A DNA stretch of 64,000 nucleotides from an uncultured Verrucomicrobiae bacterium (GCA_963762565.1 CAVXLD010000007.1:1-64000), one strand, 5' to 3'; positions 52,329 through 63,458 are shown, counted from the first letter of the stretch. The notes: generated by a model from the letters alone, not told the origin. Numbers and translations: made by a program.

Positions 52329-53132
52329 ATGACACCGGCGCTTTGGGAAGCTCGGAAGGAGGCATGTCGTCAAAATGCCAGGCAATTGCTAGCTGAAACC
52401 TTTGTCTCGGCGCCTGATGACATTGACGTCACTGCTCTTGCGTTCAAAGCGGGCCGGCTGACGATCGAAGAAGGTGGTTTGCAAGCTGCCGATGGACGGA
52501 TCGTCGCTGATGGGAAGAACGGCGGTAAAATCCGGGTTAAGTCTGGTCTCGGGCTGGAACGTCTTCGTTTCACAGTCGCCCACGAAATCGGCCACTGCCG
52601 GCTGCATGCTGGTGGCTTCATTGACCGGACGGACTCGGGGAAGACTTTTGGGATTTGGAACGATGCCAGTGAAGAAGCGGAGGCCAACACTTTCGCCGGT
52701 GAATTATTGCTTCCCAAGGATTTATTCCTGCCCCGAATTCGCGGGAAAGCGCCGTCCATCAGACTGCTCGAAACAGTCGCTGCGGAATTTAAGACAAGCC
52801 GTCTCGCGACCGCTGTACAGTACATCCATTACACCAGTGAAGTCGTCGCACTCGTTGTCTGTCAAGGCTGGGAAATCGAGTGGTCGCGAAAGGCGAAGGA
52901 CTTTTGGCCAAGAATAAAGACGGGCCGTGTAAGCCGAGATTCCGCAGCGGGAGAACAGCTCGCTGGGATTAGTGCGGATAGCGGCCAGATGGTTCTTACA
53001 CCGGCATACGCGTGGTTAGAAGGATTTGGAGATGATACGAGCAAAGACATCAAAGAGGACAGCATCTACCTGGATTATTACGATCGCTCGATCACCCTGC
53101 TCTGGTGGGATGACAACGGCGAAGAAGAATAG
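52329..53132 (+). CDS. ImmA/IrrE family metallopeptidase (DUF955)
   Basis: RLRFTVAHEIGH (HExxH), EEAEANTFAGELLLP and AAEFKTS. Confidence 0.9.
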   Translation: MTPALWEARKEACRQNARQLLAETFVSAPDDIDVTALAFKAGRLTIEEGGLQAADGRIVADGKNGGKIRVKSGLGLERLRFTVAHEIGHCRLHAGGFIDRTDSGKTFGIWNDASEEAEANTFAGELLLPKDLFLPRIRGKAPSIRLLETVAAEFKTSRLATAVQYIHYTSEVVALVVCQGWEIEWSRKAKDFWPRIKTGRVSRDSAAGEQLAGISADSGQMVLTPAYAWLEGFGDDTSKDIKEDSIYLDYYDRSITLLWWDDNGEEE

Positions 53133-53336
53133 AATAAGGTGTCTCAATTTGGGTGACGAACGAAACGGCGGCCAAGCCAAACTACATCGAGTGGTAGTTG
53201 TCCGCCCATTGTCTACCTCAATTATCGTGGAAATTTAGGCCTCAGACCAAATTGGAAATCTACTGTCGTTTTCATCTGAAATCGACGCTCAGTAAACGAG
53301 GTGGGGGCAGGCGCAACCTGGACTGAGCCCGCCTGT

Positions 53337-53888
53337 TTACGGGTCAACCCACTGCGGCGTCGTTGCGCCAGCAGGAATCATCCAAACCCAGGTCGCACCT
53401 GGAGTCCAATATTCGTCCCAGAGGCTCGGGTGCTGAGGCAACTGGCCGGTGTTTTGTAGCTGACCCTGGTAGTGGATCCAAACACGACCTTCGTGCGGGA
53501 TCTCCTGAGATACCCAGCGACCACGATTGCTAGGATTCGCATACCACTCCGGGCTGAAAAGCGTCGTCGGCCCTGCCGCTTCGGCCCGCGGCCAGACCAC
53601 AGACTGAGCGCGTGGCACCGCAGGCGCGCTCTCGTTAACTGTCACCAAACGCTCAGAGGGACTGACTGGGTTCGGCTCTGCCAGCGGTGCGGGTTTGTTA
53701 CCGTTTGCTACGATGAAGGCCGCAGCAACGAGACCGGTAGCAATGATGATTGGACCCCAAGGTGCGGATTGCCTTGGGCTAGCCCTGGCGGCTAACCGTG
53801 GCGGGGGTCTTACGGTTCGCCACTCGACCGCCTGAGTTGGAGGCGGTTCCTGCCGGAAACAGAGTCCGGCTGGCGGTGTTTGTTTCAT
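53337..53888 (-). CDS. Single-TM hypothetical protein, Trp-rich C-terminal domain
   Basis: TM helix then Pro-rich linker; ends WVWMIPAGATTPQWVDP. Confidence 0.55.
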   Translation of the reverse strand: MKQTPPAGLCFRQEPPPTQAVEWRTVRPPPRLAARASPRQSAPWGPIIIATGLVAAAFIVANGNKPAPLAEPNPVSPSERLVTVNESAPAVPRAQSVVWPRAEAAGPTTLFSPEWYANPSNRGRWVSQEIPHEGRVWIHYQGQLQNTGQLPQHPSLWDEYWTPGATWVWMIPAGATTPQWVDP

Positions 53889-53987
53889 AGGTTGACGGAG
53901 GTTTTTTTTGGCTCCTCGGTGCCCTTTGCTAACAAAGGGCGCGGGTTACGCAAGAGAGGTAGACATTGGGCAAAGATACGCCAGGGC

Positions 53988-54067
53988 TAGGGACATCTGC
54001 TGTCCCTACTTCGCATGGTCTTCAAAATATTGTGTGCCGGTTCCGCCTCAGGGACCACAAATGTCCC
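53988..54067. promoter_or_regulatory. Two GGGAC-N7-GTCCC palindromes, putative WYL operators
   Basis: TAGGGACATCTGCTGTCCCTA (53988-54008) and GGGACCACAAATGTCCC (54051-54067) upstream of the WYL gene. Confidence 0.65.
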
Positions 54068-54205
54068 AGGTAGCCCTTATATTGCAGCGTGGTTCATGAA
54101 AAACGGTTCAAATCGAGAATGCGGATTCCGAATATTGAACCGCTGCCGGCCGTAAAATCCAGAAAGTGGTCGTTCTACCGCTCCGCGGATGTTACAACGA
54201 GATTC

Positions 54206-55249
54206 ATGCCCCGTCTCGTTAAGAAGAATCGCGCAACCCGAATCCCGTCTGCGGCGAAAGTACGCACATTGCATTCCCGCCCGCCGCTCTACCGGTTTCA
54301 GGAGATTTTCCACGCCATCAAGACCGGCCGCTATCCCAACCGCACCAAACTGGCGAATACGATCGAGGTCACCACCAAAACGATCCAGCGCGACATCGAT
54401 TACATGCGTTACCAGATGAGTGTGCCGATCGAGTTCGATTTTGCCCGGGGCGGCTATTATTTCACGAAGCCAATGACGGACTTGCCGCTCTTCCAACTGA
54501 CGGAAGCGGAACTCGTCTCGGTCTTCGTGGCGCAGAAGGCGTTGGAAGCCTACAAAGGCACTGCGTTCGAACAACCGCTCCGAACGGCATTTCAGAAACT
54601 GCAGGCGGCTACCGGGAGCGCCAATATCAGTGTCAGCTGGGAGGATTTGGATTCGGCGATTTCATTCCGGCAGTTTGGCGCCTATTTACCGGATGCGACG
54701 ATTTTCTCGGAATTAGCCAAAGCAATACAGAATAAAGAGGTCGTGGAATTCGGGTATAAGAAGCTGGACGCGAAGGTTTTCGAAAAGCGGACAGTCGAGC
54801 CCTGGCACTTAGCTTGTGTCTCGGGTCAGTGGTATCTGCTTGGCTACGACCGGAACCGCAAAGCCCGCCGGATCTTCGTCCTCGCCCGGATGCAGAAGGT
54901 CTCGCGAACCGCCCACAAATTTTCCAACCCAAGGCCAGGGGAGGGGGACATTCAACGCCTCTTCCGGGACAGCTTTCAAATCTGGCAAACCGAAGACGCT
55001 GAGCTCGAGCAAATCGTTTTGCGATTTTCCGGCCAGGCCGCGCAGCTGGTTCGGGAGCGGAACTGGCATGCGAGCCAGCAGGTCCAGGAGTTAGCCGGCG
55101 GGAACCTTGAACTCGCTTTAACCCTGAATTCTTTGGAGGAGATAGTCCCTTGGATCCTATCCTGGGGGAAAAATTGTGAAGTGGAGAGACCCGCGAAACT
55201 CCGGAAAAAGGTCAAAAATTTTGCCTTATTCGCGCACAAAATTGAGTAA
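54206..55249 (+). CDS. HTH-WYL-WCX transcriptional regulator
   Basis: HTH LANTIEVTTKTIQRDIDYMR, RTVEPWHL..GQWYLLGY, RIFVLARM and WILSWG..VERPAKLR. Confidence 0.93.
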   Translation: MPRLVKKNRATRIPSAAKVRTLHSRPPLYRFQEIFHAIKTGRYPNRTKLANTIEVTTKTIQRDIDYMRYQMSVPIEFDFARGGYYFTKPMTDLPLFQLTEAELVSVFVAQKALEAYKGTAFEQPLRTAFQKLQAATGSANISVSWEDLDSAISFRQFGAYLPDATIFSELAKAIQNKEVVEFGYKKLDAKVFEKRTVEPWHLACVSGQWYLLGYDRNRKARRIFVLARMQKVSRTAHKFSNPRPGEGDIQRLFRDSFQIWQTEDAELEQIVLRFSGQAAQLVRERNWHASQQVQELAGGNLELALTLNSLEEIVPWILSWGKNCEVERPAKLRKKVKNFALFAHKIE

Positions 55250-55510
55250 GAAAATGAATACTCGATTCCGTCGGGGATCCGGTTCCTTAATTTCGCTCTA
55301 ATCGGTTTTTCCGAGCTCTTTTGCGGTGGGCGCTTCACGCAAATCTGCCAATTGGGCAAAGGAAGGCGGTGCGCGAAATGAAATAAGATCAGTCGCCTAT
55401 CACTTACCGTGTCCCTGCCAATGTCCCAACCCCTATGTAAAAGTAGGAAACACCAGTTTTTCTCTCTAACTAATGAACCCACTCCAAGGCCAACTTGAAC
55501 GTCCCCGCCA

Positions 55511-56921
55511 ATGAAGATTGAACTCCAACTCGACTATAAAACCATTTTACGGAATTCCTCTCGACCCGTACATCTCGTCACGAAACTAACCGCTCCGGCG
55601 CAACCGCTCACCCAGCGAGTGCGGCCAACCGCTTTCACGGTCGTGCTGGATCGCTCCGGTTCAATGAGCGGCGCGCCCATCGAACACGCAAAACGAGCCT
55701 GTCGCGAGGTCATCAAGAATCTGCGGCCGGAGGACTATTTCAGTCTGGTTGTCTTCGACGATTCAGCCCAGGTCGTTATCCCTTTGGAGCGACCGACTAA
55801 CCGGTTTAGTTGGTACCAAACCGTCGATCAGATCCAGGCAGGAGCTTCGACCAATCTCATGGCCGGTTGGTTATTGGGACGCGATTCTCATGAAGGCCCA
55901 GAAAACCGCTGGCGGGATCGCTCCGATCCGCAAGATCCTTTTGCTCACGGATGGGTACCTCAACGCCGGGATTACCGAGCCGGACCGTGTCGAAGCGTTG
56001 ACAAGGGCCGGCCTGGAGAAGGACGAGATCCGGACCAGTTGCCTCGGGTTCGGATACGGTTACAACGAGAATATTCTCGCCGCGATGAGCAAGGTCGGGC
56101 AGGGGCAGTTACACGATGCCGATTCGCCCGAGAAATTCCCGGTTATCCTGGCGGATGAACTCGACGGATTGCAGAAAATTACGGTGCAAAATTTGCGGCT
56201 CCGGATCCAACCAAAGCTTTTCTGCAACGCCTGGAAACAATACGGTGATTACCCCCTGATTCAATTACCCGACCAGCGGACCGAGGTGGCATTGGGTGAC
56301 TTGGTGAGCGGCGAGGAGCGCTACGTCGTTTTGATGCTCGAGGTATTACCATTGCCGTTGTTACCGGACGGCAGTTTGCCAGCCTTGCTCGAAGGGGAAG
56401 AACTGGTCGCCCTCGAATTCGCATTCACCTCGATCACGGAAGAAGGAACCGATCTGAGGCTCGAGAGCCGGACCGGTTCCCATCTGGTCCGAATCCAGGG
56501 AACACAAAATCCAGCCGACGTCGTCCAGAACGTTGAGCTGATCGCCGTGATTGCCAACCAGCAGGCGGCAGACGCCGTGCGCAAAGCCGCTGAAGCTCTG
56601 GCCGGCGGCGCGGATGCTGAGACTGCCCTACGGCATTTTACAGATGCGAAACTTTACTTCCGCTGTTGCGCTGAACCGCTGGTATCCGAGGCGGCCGCAC
56701 TGCTCGATGAGCATGAGCAAAAGATCCGGTCCAACAACATCGACTCGCGCGCGCGGAAGAACATGCGGTACGAAGCGCGCTACTATGGCCAGACCAGCAG
56801 CGCCAGGCTCTACACCGGATCCGGCAAGAAACCAGGGTTCACTAACAAACCGACGGTCGACGAGCAACTGAACGAGAAACCAGACAGCGGAAGATCAGAA
56901 TCGTCTGGTGGGCAGCATTGA
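55511..56921 (+). CDS. vWA-domain protein (YfbK-like), one frameshift ~55890
   Basis: MIDAS DRSGSMSG, GASTNL, LLTDGYLNAG and GFGYGYNE. Confidence 0.85.
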
Positions 56922-56947
56922 GACAGTGATATCCGTCTAAGCATCCC

Positions 56948-57619
56948 ATGAACCCGGTCGAAGTAGTTAACCATCGGCTCCGTCATCCGGACATTAACTA
57001 CGAGTTCCGGCCGAGCTCTTATTGGGAACCTGCTAGCGATGTGCTCCATACGGTATTGCGCAATGTGAAAGGGACGCGGCGGCGAGAAATGATCACGGAC
57101 TTCTTTCGACAAGGCCGCTTGGATGAGCTTGCCCAAGAACTTAGCTCGGACGAGCTGAGCGAGGACGCAAGGGAAAGGCTGGGAAGAATTCATCCAACGT
57201 TTATGGGCGGCGAGTATCTACCAGGCTATCGAGCGAGCGAGGTCGAGATCGTGCGGATTGAACTAGAGTCGACGACCGCCGATGTGATCAGCGTCCGGGC
57301 ACGGTTAGTCGGACGCAAAACAGCGAGGATCGAGTACAAGGTAGTGGACGAATACCAGTCCGAGTTCGTTTTCAAGCCGCGCGGTAGCACCAAGCCTCTA
57401 ACCCTGGGTCAGTTGATCGATTCTCTCGATCGTTTACAACAGAGCCGAGGTGAATTGGACATTCATGCAGTCTGGTTACGGCTCGGTTGGGTTCTCGTCG
57501 CCAAGGACGCCACCATGATTCGCGATGCTGACGGACAGCCCTTAAATTACTTCCGGCTCGACATTGACTGCGAAAATACGGTAGGAACTTTCGCGCGTCC
57601 TCGCAATGTCCGAGAGTAA
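56948..57619 (+). CDS. Hypothetical protein in WYL-vWA locus
   Basis: 223-aa ORF 26 bp after vWA; IHPTFMGGEYLP and EIVRIELESTTADV. Confidence 0.65.
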   Translation: MNPVEVVNHRLRHPDINYEFRPSSYWEPASDVLHTVLRNVKGTRRREMITDFFRQGRLDELAQELSSDELSEDARERLGRIHPTFMGGEYLPGYRASEVEIVRIELESTTADVISVRARLVGRKTARIEYKVVDEYQSEFVFKPRGSTKPLTLGQLIDSLDRLQQSRGELDIHAVWLRLGWVLVAKDATMIRDADGQPLNYFRLDIDCENTVGTFARPRNVRE

Positions 57620-57622
57620 GTT

Positions 57623-58131
57623 ATGGACATCAGCGATTTTAGAATTTCCTGCGAAGAGCTGGGGCAGTTGATGCCCGTGTTAGAAAAATGCGACCCGTCT
57701 GGTCCCAATTTCTTCAGCGGCAGATTGCTCTCGGTAGGCACTATCCTAAAGAGGCCGGTTGTGTCCGAGAAGCTGACGATCGAACCCAGATGGATATGTT
57801 CTTTCTGCTGGGAACGACAATAACGAGGCAGGACAGGGTTGAGGGTATGTCTAACCGTGAATTCCTACCGGATTATCATGCTAAGGGCGTGACTTTTTAC
57901 GAAAGCGTTCTAGATCAGGTTCACGAAGCTATCTGCGGCAAGAATGGTATCTATCGAAAAGAACGCCAGAAGATAGAATCGACTCCGGAGGCGTTTATAA
58001 CTACCTTGGTGCCCGTTGTGTTATCGACGTTACAATTACCGGCAGCGATAGGTGGCGCCGCGATAGTAATTGTGCTTTTGATCTCGAAAATCGGTATCCA
58101 CGCCTTCTGTGAATCAACAGCAACTGCTTAG
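57623..58131 (+). CDS. Hypothetical protein with C-terminal hydrophobic hairpin (likely frameshifted)
   Basis: ORFs 57623-57823 and 57688-58131 overlap; C-terminus GGAAIVIVLLISKIGIHAFCE. Confidence 0.45.
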
Positions 58132-58324
58132 CTAAAAGAGATCTGCCTGATATTACTGAGTCCACGGCCAAGGAGCCAATCGGAGTTTGCTGTTGGGTAC
58201 CGGGAACATCGGGCCGATGCAGTGGCGTAAGATCCGACCGGATGGTCAGATTGAGGTTTCAGAAGTTGAGGAACTTTGGTTAACTTGTTTTCTCACAGTA
58301 TGCCTCATCAATTAGTTAGTTTGG

Positions 58325-59482
58325 TTAGCAGGCCGATAGACCTTGGACAGTTACCGTAGCAATCGGCCGCTCCCAGGTAGAAGACTCGCACCGCGTAATT
58401 TTATTGCCGCAAGGAATTGAATGGTCCAACCAATAGGAAACGGTGACTAACCAAATGCAGGATATTGTCGCGGTAGTGGAGCTTGGGGGCGGATCGACAA
58501 AACGATTCACGCTTTGCCTATATCGACGTAAAACCCGCGTGTGCCCACGCCCTATTCGTATATCCGAGCGACGCGGCATGCTGTGATGCCCTCCCATTCG
58601 GCTCAGGCTATAAGCCATTGCTAAAATCGCCTCCTCACAGCCTTCGGCCAACGACTTCTGCCGGATAAGCGACAAGCCGATCCAGGTTTCTAGACACTCG
58701 GTCGCTCCACAACGGTCGATCACAGATTCGACTGGCACAACTTTCGTTTCGATTTTTTGCCGGTCCGAGTACGTAACTTCGCGGCTGTTATTGATTAGTA
58801 CAACGTTTTGACAACCAAGCCGATGAAGCTCCTGTATCGCATCTGGAACTGTCTTGGTGCTTGTTATCGCCATTGCTTCCTCGATCGACTCAGATACGAC
58901 GAGCAATATTTTGTTGTCGGGCAAGCAATTGATGCGATTCAGCGGCGAAATATCTAGAACAAACGGAATCGAATGCTGTTCGCAAAGTTTCATCACTGCC
59001 CAAACGGTACGGCTGGGAATTTCGAGTTCGGAAATGACTAGATCGGCCGAAAGAACAAGATCTCGCGCGGAGTGGACCATTTTAGGCGTAACACGGTCAT
59101 TCGCCGACTCGGCGCAAATCAGGAAATGTTTTCCTGTACCAGCTTCTATCAAACTCAAGGACGTCCCGGTTTTGACGTGCGGTAATTCAAAGAAGTAATC
59201 AAGGTCAATAGACTCACCCGCCAACTGACTAAGCGCCATTCCACCAAACCAGTCTCGACCATATGCCCCAACAAATGCGACAGCACAACCGGCTCGCGCT
59301 GCCGCGACTGCACAATTGGCTCCGCGGCCTCCAGCGTAAATCTGCATCGGACCGCCAACTAGGCTTTTTCCAGCAACAAGCGGCGTTTTGCATCGAATCA
59401 AGAGGTCGGCATTGTACCCGCCGGCAACGACCACTCGAGGCTTGGAACGACCGTTTGTCTTCAGGTTATCTCGAGGCGACAT
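58325..59482 (-). CDS. Divergent PfkB/ribokinase-family sugar kinase
   Basis: VVVAGGYNADL, GGRGANCAVAAARAG and G..G.D.FG; C-terminal motif IDRCGATE instead of DTTGAGD. Confidence 0.8.
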   Translation of the reverse strand: MSPRDNLKTNGRSKPRVVVAGGYNADLLIRCKTPLVAGKSLVGGPMQIYAGGRGANCAVAAARAGCAVAFVGAYGRDWFGGMALSQLAGESIDLDYFFELPHVKTGTSLSLIEAGTGKHFLICAESANDRVTPKMVHSARDLVLSADLVISELEIPSRTVWAVMKLCEQHSIPFVLDISPLNRINCLPDNKILLVVSESIEEAMAITSTKTVPDAIQELHRLGCQNVVLINNSREVTYSDRQKIETKVVPVESVIDRCGATECLETWIGLSLIRQKSLAEGCEEAILAMAYSLSRMGGHHSMPRRSDIRIGRGHTRVLRRYRQSVNRFVDPPPSSTTATISCIWLVTVSYWLDHSIPCGNKITRCESSTWERPIATVTVQGLSAC

Positions 59483-59584
59483 AATTTCACTTCGATGAAA
59501 AGCGATCGCTGGCATTGACCTTGCCGGCCCCTGGTCCGCTCGCGCCTTTCTTTTCTACAATACTTTGATTTAGCAACTTAGTCT

Positions 59585-60181
59585 TTATCGACCCAGCGAC
59601 AAAAGGGCAGCCTCGAGCGTGTTTGTGTCCGTGAGCTCAAGTATCGCTGACTCATACTCTTCGGTCAGAGGAGTCGAAATTCCTGCGCTCTTTGCCGCCA
59701 GCAAATACGAAATCCCGTCCTTCCCCTTTCCCACTTCAGGATTTTGAGCGCTGGCGATTGCTAAACAGGCCAGCTTCCGTCCGGTCAACGGGGAGGGGAT
59801 ATTGGCCTGGATAGATGGGTACAGAACCAAAACGATGCCCCCGAAATTCAGTATGGTCTTAATGAGTACCGAGTTTGGTCCGGGCCGCGCGGGCGGACTA
59901 TATGAACCTTGCGCCCGACGAGTCTCGCGACGCCAGAGCATGTCCTTGGCTTCCTTTTCCGACGTGGCGTCAGATAACACAAAGAGAACGGCGCTAACCT
60001 GGAAACCGCCTCCATCGACCGGGACCAGCGTAGGCGCTCCTCCGCGCGTTCGCGAGGAACGTGCGTACTCGACCTTGAACGGCGTTAGAATCGGCCCGAG
60101 CCGATTCACAATGCAGTTCTCGAGTTCTTCTCCGGGCTCAGAGATCAGAGAACCGTAAGCTAATATTGCAATCTTCTTCAC
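59585..60181 (-). CDS. Gamma-glutamylcyclotransferase/ChaC-like protein
   Basis: IAILAYGSLI, EYARSSRTRGGAPTLV and LWRRE. Confidence 0.55.
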   Translation of the reverse strand: MKKIAILAYGSLISEPGEELENCIVNRLGPILTPFKVEYARSSRTRGGAPTLVPVDGGGFQVSAVLFVLSDATSEKEAKDMLWRRETRRAQGSYSPPARPGPNSVLIKTILNFGGIVLVLYPSIQANIPSPLTGRKLACLAIASAQNPEVGKGKDGISYLLAAKSAGISTPLTEEYESAILELTDTNTLEAALLSLGR

Positions 60182-60279
60182 GGCCCGAGCTGCTCTCAGA
60201 CATTCAATATTAAGCAGGATCGGCTCAATGAAAAGAGCCACGGTGGGCCCCCCGAGCCATCGCCTCTCCGCAGTACCAG

Positions 60280-61944
60280 CTAGATGCTCATTGGGCCAAC
60301 TTCCATTGCAACGAGGCACGCATCATCGCTAAAGTGTCTGCCCGCCGAGAATCTCTGCACCTCTTCGATGACCTCATGACACAGTTGAAAAGCGGGCAAT
60401 TCACGGTGCCTACTCACAGCTTCTAAAAGGCGCCGATAGTCATAGATGTCTCCGCTAGGACCCTCCACTTCATATAATCCATCGGTTAAGAGAAGCAGCG
60501 TATCATGCGGCGAGAGTTCACAATGGCAGCTGGGATAAACCGCGTCATCGAAAAGCCCGAGCGCCGGCCCATGCTTGCTGCCGTTCAGAGGAGACATCTC
60601 AGTGCGATCTCTCGCCCGATGAACGCGCAAAGGATTGGGATGTCCGGCATTTGCATAACGCATTTCGCCTTTCTCCAAATCCGCGAGCAAGTAAAAGGCC
60701 GAAGCAAAGAGCGGGACCTCACTATAATATTCCAGTCTTGAGCGCAGTGCCCGATTGAGCCGGCAAAGGAACTCACCCGGATCTCCTAAGTAATCTCGCA
60801 GTTGGCCCACCAAAGCACTAACGGTGGAGGCCACAAGAGCGGCACGGACACCATGGCCCATCACGTCGCAGATAAAGATCCCAGCACTGGTATCAGAGAG
60901 TTTTAAGACTTCGAAAAAGTCGCCGCTCACGCTCATTGAGGGCTGGTAAAAGTGGTAGAAGCGTACTGCGAGCTCTTCGTTCGAAGCATGATGAGGGAAG
61001 TGAGGATGGCGGTGCGGCAGCATTGCCTGCTGAAGTTCTCGGGCCATTTCCAGATCCTGCTCAAGGGCTTCATTCTTTTCGCGCAATTCTCTTGCCAGTG
61101 CCGCGAGTTTTTCTTCAGCGCGCTTCTTCTCCGTGATGTCGCGCGAGAGCCCAAAGGTGCCGATGATGTTTCCGTTGGGATCTCGCAGCGGCAACTTTGA
61201 AGTGGAGACCCACGTCTCGTGCCCATCGGGCCAGGTCTCCTTTTCCTCCATGTTCACCAGAGGCTGTCCCATACGCAGAATCTCCTGTTCATCGCGGAGC
61301 GCAGCCTGGGCATGCTCGCGATCGAATAAATCGGCGTCTGTCTTGCCGAGCACGTCCGCTGGATCTTCGAAGCAGAACGAGGCTGCCGTGGCGCGATTTA
61401 CTGCAATAAAGCGGCTCTCCCTGTCCTTGAAATAGATGTGATCCGGCAGATTATCCATTAGCGTTTTTAGGAGAAAACGCTCTCGTGCGAGGGCATTCTC
61501 CATCTGGGAGCGCTCACTCACATCCCAGGAAACGCCGGTCACCCGCACTGGCTTCCCCTGATTGTCACAAACCACTTTTGATCTCGCCCTGAGAGCGTGA
61601 ACACTGCCGTCTGTTGGCCAAACCACGTGAAACTCTCCGTCATACTCCGCACGCCTTTCGAGTGCCTGCGCAAATTCTCCGGCTGCTTGCTGCCGGTTCT
61701 CAGCATGAATCATCTCCAGGAACTGCTCGTAGCGTCCGCTGAAGGTTGAGGGTGCCAGACCAAAGAGTGCGTGCATCCGCTCGTCCCAATGCATGGAGTG
61801 ATCGAGCAGATACCAATCCCAGGTACCCATGCGGGCCGAGCTAAGTGCAAGATAAAGCTGATCCTTATTCCTGCGCAAAAGTTCCTCATTCCCAATCCCC
61901 GAGTGTTCACTCGTTGAAATGGCCGGCTGCTGCGGCTCGTTCAT
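60280..61944 (-). CDS. PAS-PAS-SpoIIE (PP2C/RsbU-like) phosphatase
   Basis: MGTWDW PAS, IYFKDRESRF PAS, SGDFF, CDVMGHG, NAGHP, TDGL and DD. Confidence 0.93.
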   Translation of the reverse strand: MNEPQQPAISTSEHSGIGNEELLRRNKDQLYLALSSARMGTWDWYLLDHSMHWDERMHALFGLAPSTFSGRYEQFLEMIHAENRQQAAGEFAQALERRAEYDGEFHVVWPTDGSVHALRARSKVVCDNQGKPVRVTGVSWDVSERSQMENALARERFLLKTLMDNLPDHIYFKDRESRFIAVNRATAASFCFEDPADVLGKTDADLFDREHAQAALRDEQEILRMGQPLVNMEEKETWPDGHETWVSTSKLPLRDPNGNIIGTFGLSRDITEKKRAEEKLAALARELREKNEALEQDLEMARELQQAMLPHRHPHFPHHASNEELAVRFYHFYQPSMSVSGDFFEVLKLSDTSAGIFICDVMGHGVRAALVASTVSALVGQLRDYLGDPGEFLCRLNRALRSRLEYYSEVPLFASAFYLLADLEKGEMRYANAGHPNPLRVHRARDRTEMSPLNGSKHGPALGLFDDAVYPSCHCELSPHDTLLLLTDGLYEVEGPSGDIYDYRRLLEAVSRHRELPAFQLCHEVIEEVQRFSAGRHFSDDACLVAMEVGPMSI

Positions 61945-62537
61945 CGTTAAGGGATTCTATCCAGCAATGAATGAATTGCCAATCACCAACGGGAGACGTA
62001 AAAGGATGAGTTGTAAGCAGGCTTAAAGAGTTCCTTGAGTGAACCGTTTACCGGTTTCTCATTCAACACCAACCCGAGCTGGAAGGTGATACCGCACTAT
62101 CGGCGTTGCTGCGCGGTAAAGTCGCGAAACCAATCAGCCATCAGATTTCAGTACGACGCCGATTCACGGAGGTCCGAGGTGGAAGTTCCTTTTGTTCTGA
62201 GCCGCCTCCGACCCGCGTTCGCAGGGGAACGTGCATCGTGACCGTCGTGCCCAGCCCTACCGCACTGCACACCTCGAGCCGAAACGAGCGACCGTACAAT
62301 GCTTGGAGCCGTCGACGCAGCAGCCTTAAGGCGTGCGCTCGGGGGCGCTACCCAAAAAAAAAGGAAATACTGTACGCTAGTGCGCCGCGCTTACCTCGGC
62401 TCTTTAGTTGCTTGGAAACGAATTCTTCGGGGATTTACCGGAACGAGACATACGAGTCTTTCACCTGTATACGATTGCGACTAGGGTAGAATCGCTCTTT
62501 TGATTCGTGGAGCTCAATCTGTTTAACGATAGGATCT

Positions 62538-62840
62538 ATGAACCGCTTCTTGACCTCGATTGTGCTTTTGCTGGTTTGCCTCAGTTTCACTTCGCTTGAG
62601 GCCAACGGCCAGGAGGAAAGGTATTGGGGCACGATTATCCGTAACCCACCCGCCAACTATGTGCTTCGAATGGATGACGGGAAGATACTGAATGCCGAGT
62701 GGGAAAGCGGTTATGATCAATGGTCGATTGGCGAAAGGATCATCCTCACCACCGAAAATGGCAGCGGCATCATGTTCTTTGAAAAGCAGCGGACGCAGGT
62801 CGCTGTTTTCCCGTATAATCCTTCGCAAATTGGAGAGTAG
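62538..62840 (+). CDS. Small secreted hypothetical protein
   Basis: Signal peptide; 100 aa. Confidence 0.6.
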   Translation: MNRFLTSIVLLLVCLSFTSLEANGQEERYWGTIIRNPPANYVLRMDDGKILNAEWESGYDQWSIGERIILTTENGSGIMFFEKQRTQVAVFPYNPSQIGE

Positions 62841-62930
62841 GGAAGTAGAATGACACCTCCTGATCCTGCCCACTAGCTCAACCTTCGAAGTGTCAGGCTG
62901 ATTTCAACAGCACGTTGATCTTCACTGGCC

Positions 62931-63341
62931 TCATCTTCGAGAAGGCCAAGCCGGGCTTGCGTAGAGAGGAAGAGCCTCGCTTCGGGGATTTTTCCCGGCG
63001 TTCATGTTGATCACCTTTACGGTCTTTGGCTCGGGTCCCGGAATAAGCGCATAGTTGTTCAGCAACAGAACAGATTCGATGATCTGCACGAGCTCACTGC
63101 GAGGCACCGGTTTCGGCACAGAGATCGATATGGGCAAGGCATTCGCCACAAGGCTGCTATCCTTGATCAGGGCATTACCTGTCAGCTGTTGGTATTCCTG
63201 AAGGATCGTGTCAATGCTCGCATTGACTGCTTGAAATGAACTCATGGCATCTTCGTTCTGCGATACCCCAGCCGCTTTTTCCTGAGCGAGCAGCGGGGAC
63301 CCAGCAAGTAGACAAAACATTAGTAAGCAGCGGAAATACAT
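62931..63341 (-). pseudogene. Secretin (GspD-like) N0-domain fragment
   Basis: Signal peptide, NASIDTILQEYQQLTGNALIKD and IESVLLLNNYALI; ends after 136 aa. Confidence 0.6.
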
Positions 63342-63458
63342 CGTCGTTAATTCTGAATCGGGTCAGCTGGAGGTAACGGAAACTTATGTACATTAACGGC
63401 TCCTGGCAAACGGAGGGGTTTTCCGAAATAGCTCGTTCAGGGTCCAACAGCGAAAGCC

